Shown: positions 23,259-26,433 of the stretch, piece by piece
Numbering within the stretch: the stretch's first letter is position 1
How the letters are laid out: every line of letters starts with the position of its first letter
Source of the DNA: Bugula neritina
Taxonomy: Eukaryota > Animalia > Bryozoa
NCBI GenBank assembly: GCA_964035545.1
Contig: CAXIUT010000057.1
Coordinates: 391,153-417,585, forward strand
Direction: 5' to 3'
Length of the DNA: 26,433 bases
Translations under genes and position numbers: made by a program
Notes under the pieces: generated by a model
Seen by the model: only the letters and a program-made list of their open reading frames with translations
Told to the model about the DNA's origin: nothing
Databases searched by the model: none

Positions 23259-24255
23259 ATGAGTCCTCAAGCATCCTCACCTGCTCAAAAACCAGCTCAA
23301 AGTGGTTCCTATAAGGTCTTAAAAGATTTTTTGTTAGGAGGTACTTCAGGGGCTATCGCTAAAACTTTGGCTGCTCCCATTGAAAGAGTCAAGCTACTTC
23401 TACAAACTCAAGAAAACAATCCAAAACTTATGGAAAGACCATACAAAGGTAGCTAGAATATAATTCAGGAATTGTGGATTGTTTCAAAAGATGTGTCACA
23501 TAAGAAGGATTTACATCTCTATGGAGAGGCAACTGGGCCAACGTGGTTAGATACTTCCCTACCCAAGCCATCAACTTCGCAACCAAAGATGCTCTATATC
23601 AAATTTTCCTAAAAGGAGTTGATCCTAAAGTAGAAAGATTTCAATATCTTATTAGATCTTTGCTTTCAGGTGGTTTGGCTGGAAGTTTTAGTTTGGTTTT
23701 TGTTTATCCTTTGGATTTCGCAAGAACACGTCTTGGAGCTGATATTGGTAAATCTGAAGCTGAACGTTAATTCAATGGACTTATCGATTGCTGCCGTAAA
23801 ATATTCCAAAAAGATGGAGTTAAAGGTCTTTATCAAGGCTTCCAAGTATCAGTATTAGGTATCTTCACTTACAGAGCCTTCTATTTCGGGTAATTAGTTC
23901 TTTATTTAGAGGTTATGATGCTGGAAAATCATTTATTTGGGGTTCAGAATAATAACAGAAGAAATCATCCTTTTTTGCTAGATTTTTGTTTGCTCAAATA
24001 ATAACTTCAACTTCCTAGACCTTGGCTTACCCCTTAGACACAATCAGAAGAAGATTGATGATGGAGAGTGGAAAAGCTGTTAACGAAAGAATGTATGCAG
24101 GAACTTTGGATTGTGGAAGCAAGATTTTGAAAAGTGAAGGTGTTACAGGATTCTTCAAAGGTAACTTATCAAACTTCTGGAGAAGTATTGGATCTTCTCT
24201 CGTATTGGTCCTTTACGATTAACTACAAAAATATGTTCAAGGCAAGGGATATTGA
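23259..24255 (+). CDS. AAC: Mitochondrial ADP/ATP carrier, about 318 aa
   Basis: Motifs [39 protein letters not shown] and [12 protein letters not shown]. Introns at 23449-23468 and 23890-23909 (20 nt each). Confidence 0.97.
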
Positions 24256-24462
24256 TCTATTAGACAACAGTAATATCGATCTTTAATATTTAATTTATTT
24301 TGTTAAACAAAGAGTTAGACTAACTTTAGTTAATAAGCTCAAGCGTTTTTTCAATAGTTCTGATCTGAAAGGTGATATAAATCATAGGTGTTTGATTTAT
24401 GGGATTGAGTATAAGTATTGATGGTCTGATGATTGATGACTTCAATAATATTTTAAATATCC

Positions 24463-26250
24463 ATGGACAAGTCGAAGATGGCAAAGATCAAAGAGGAAGC
24501 TGCTAAGTTAGGCACTTCCTACTATAAGTTTGTCTAGCCTTTTATCATCAACATCAACTAAAAGATCGGACGAGGCTCTTACGGAGAAGTCTTTAAAGGC
24601 GCTGATATTAGAAATGGTAACCTCGTCGCTGTCAAAACAATCGCTACTTCTAACATAAAAAAAGATCCATAAAAATTTTACGACTCCCTAAAAAATGAGA
24701 TCTAGATTATGAAGTCAATAAAGAACCCAAACATAGTGGAATTGTATGATGTAAAAAAATCATCAAACAACATTTATTTATTCCAAGAACTATGCGATAA
24801 AGGATCTCTTGAGGATATCCTCTAAAAAAGAAAAAAAATACCATAATCAGAAACAGTACTTATTATCCAACAACTAATACAAGGCTACAAATATTTACAT
24901 CAACATTCTGTCATACATCGAGACCTGAAACCAGCAAACATATTGATCAAAGACGAAACCTACAAAATAGCTGATTTTGGATTTGCTAAATACTATCAAT
25001 AAGGAGCATAACTCGATCAAATTCACCAGTCACTAGTAGGCAGTCCCATGTATATGTGTCCATAGATCCTCAATGGCAGCACATATTCAACAAAAAGTGA
25101 TGTATGGTCAATGGGAGTAATATTCTATCAGATGTTGTATGGCAAAACACCACATAAGGCAACATCACTGTAAGAACTGATCTCTAAAGTAAATAAAAAG
25201 GTGATTAGATTTCCACAAAAGCTAACTACACCAGGACTACAATAACTTCTTGAAGCTATGTTGAAATATACACCATAGTAGAGGATGAGTTGGAAAGATA
25301 TATTCAATTTGTAGATGTTCAGATCAAAATAGAAAGAAGACAATGATATAAATAGATCAATGTCAATGGCCCAAAAGAATTCTAAAAATAAATTATAAAT
25401 GAGCACCAAGATGAATGATTTCTACTTCGCAGACAAAAAAGTTATCCAGCAGATAGAACTAGTCAACGGCAGCTAAGATAAATAAATATCAGTTGTACAA
25501 TCCAGAGATGCTAATTAAACCAAATAACAAGATATATATAAATCAATCGCACAAAAATATGAATAAACCTAAAGCAAAAAAGATATAATAAGAAAGATTA
25601 AGAATTGGTTCTTATTCAAAAGAAACAAAGCTGTCTTTCTTAACCATCTCTCACTAAAAATACATAATTGCTTTGCCCTATAGAAATTGAATATTCCTCT
25701 TCATAAAGCATAAATCTTTATCTTGGTTTTATCTAAATGGCAATGCATGATTACTTATAAAAGTTACATTCGATTAAAAGAAGGTAAAATCAACTCTAAA
25801 GCCTATACTGAAGAACAGTATAAACTCTTTGTTAATAACAATATTCGAGATAAAATCATGGATAAATTCAAAAATGATTTTACTGTCATGAAGATGTTCT
25901 TTGATTAACTTGTCAAAAAAGTAGAAGCTTACCTTGCTAAATACTAAGGCGATCTTCCTTAAAACCTCAAAAGAATCAAAAAAATATGCAATCAATCCCT
26001 CTGCCCCAAGGAACTCTTCGCTCAAATTTACAACTAAACCATCGATTAACTCAAAGAAGTCATCAAGGAAGCCATCAAAAACGATTCCAAATGCAGAGAT
26101 GTGATTCAGTTAGGATATTTAGTTAGTGAGGCCATGAAGCTTAAGAAAGACTAGTTGGAGACAAACTAGTTTTCGATGATCTATGACTATGAAGAAAAAC
26201 TAACCAACTAGGAACTGATCTTCAAGATTTAAGGGAAAATTATTGAATGA
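24463..26250 (+). CDS. Ser/Thr protein kinase (ULK/Atg1-like) with a helical C-terminal region, 595 aa, intronless
   Basis: Motifs [45 protein letters not shown] and SDVWSMG. One frame runs to TGA 26248-26250. Confidence 0.93.
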
Positions 26251-26322
26251 TAACACTATGATATTCATAGCATCAAATCTATCATCATCATACTATCAAT
26301 ACTAATTATAATATAGTATTCA

Positions 26323-26433
26323 GGGGTTGGGGTTGGGGTTGGGGTTGGGGTTGGGGTTGGGGTTGGGGTTGGGGTTGGGGTTGGGGTTGGGGTTGGGGTT
26401 GGGGTTGGGGTTGGGGTTGGGGTTGGGGTTGGG
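26323..26433. repeat. Right telomere, (GGGGTT)n
   Basis: Perfect GGGGTT tandem repeats run to the end of the sequence and are the reverse complement of the left end. Confidence 0.97.

Noticed and set aside
24256-24462. Intergenic 8-bp inverted repeat (ATAAATCA...TGATTTAT) and TGATGA/CTGA words as a possible snoRNA
   Set aside because: The boxes are not in a convincing C-to-D arrangement, no guide sequence is identifiable, and such words are common in this AT-rich DNA.
161-26250. Standard ciliate code (UAR=Gln), or pseudogenes full of stops
   Set aside because: TAR codons occupy catalytic or invariant Glu positions, and the genes are otherwise intact.
1-26433. tRNA, rRNA, CRISPR arrays or transposons
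   Set aside because: No cloverleaf, rRNA-like segment, repeat-spacer array, terminal inverted repeat or transposase motif was recognised.

Overview
This window is a complete telomere-to-telomere ciliate macronuclear chromosome of 26.4 kb, with (CCCCAA)n at the left end and (GGGGTT)n at the right. It does not use the standard code: TAA and TAG both fall at invariant glutamate positions in several conserved proteins, Gln is encoded by CAA/CAG, and TGA is the only stop. This matches the peritrich nuclear code (NCBI table 30), so the supplied ORF track is mostly fragments, wrong frames and antisense shadows. Manual retranslation gives about 17 tightly packed genes with GT-AG introns that are almost all 19-21 nt long. 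They include a TTLL3-type tubulin glycylase, a pseudokinase-MORN protein, a transcriptional-type cyclin, an actin-fragmin kinase, a DIEG/NPL-repeat protein, a bacterial-type NagB/PIG-L fusion, an EF-hand protein, an ADP/ATP carrier, a ULK-like kinase and several orphans. The most unexpected elements are an intron-split Swt1-like HEPN RNase with an intact RxxxxH motif, an RG/Asn-rich protein ending in a degenerate macrodomain, and a 55-aa candidate GPI-anchored micropeptide. All calls come from manual translation and motif recognition. No searches were run.
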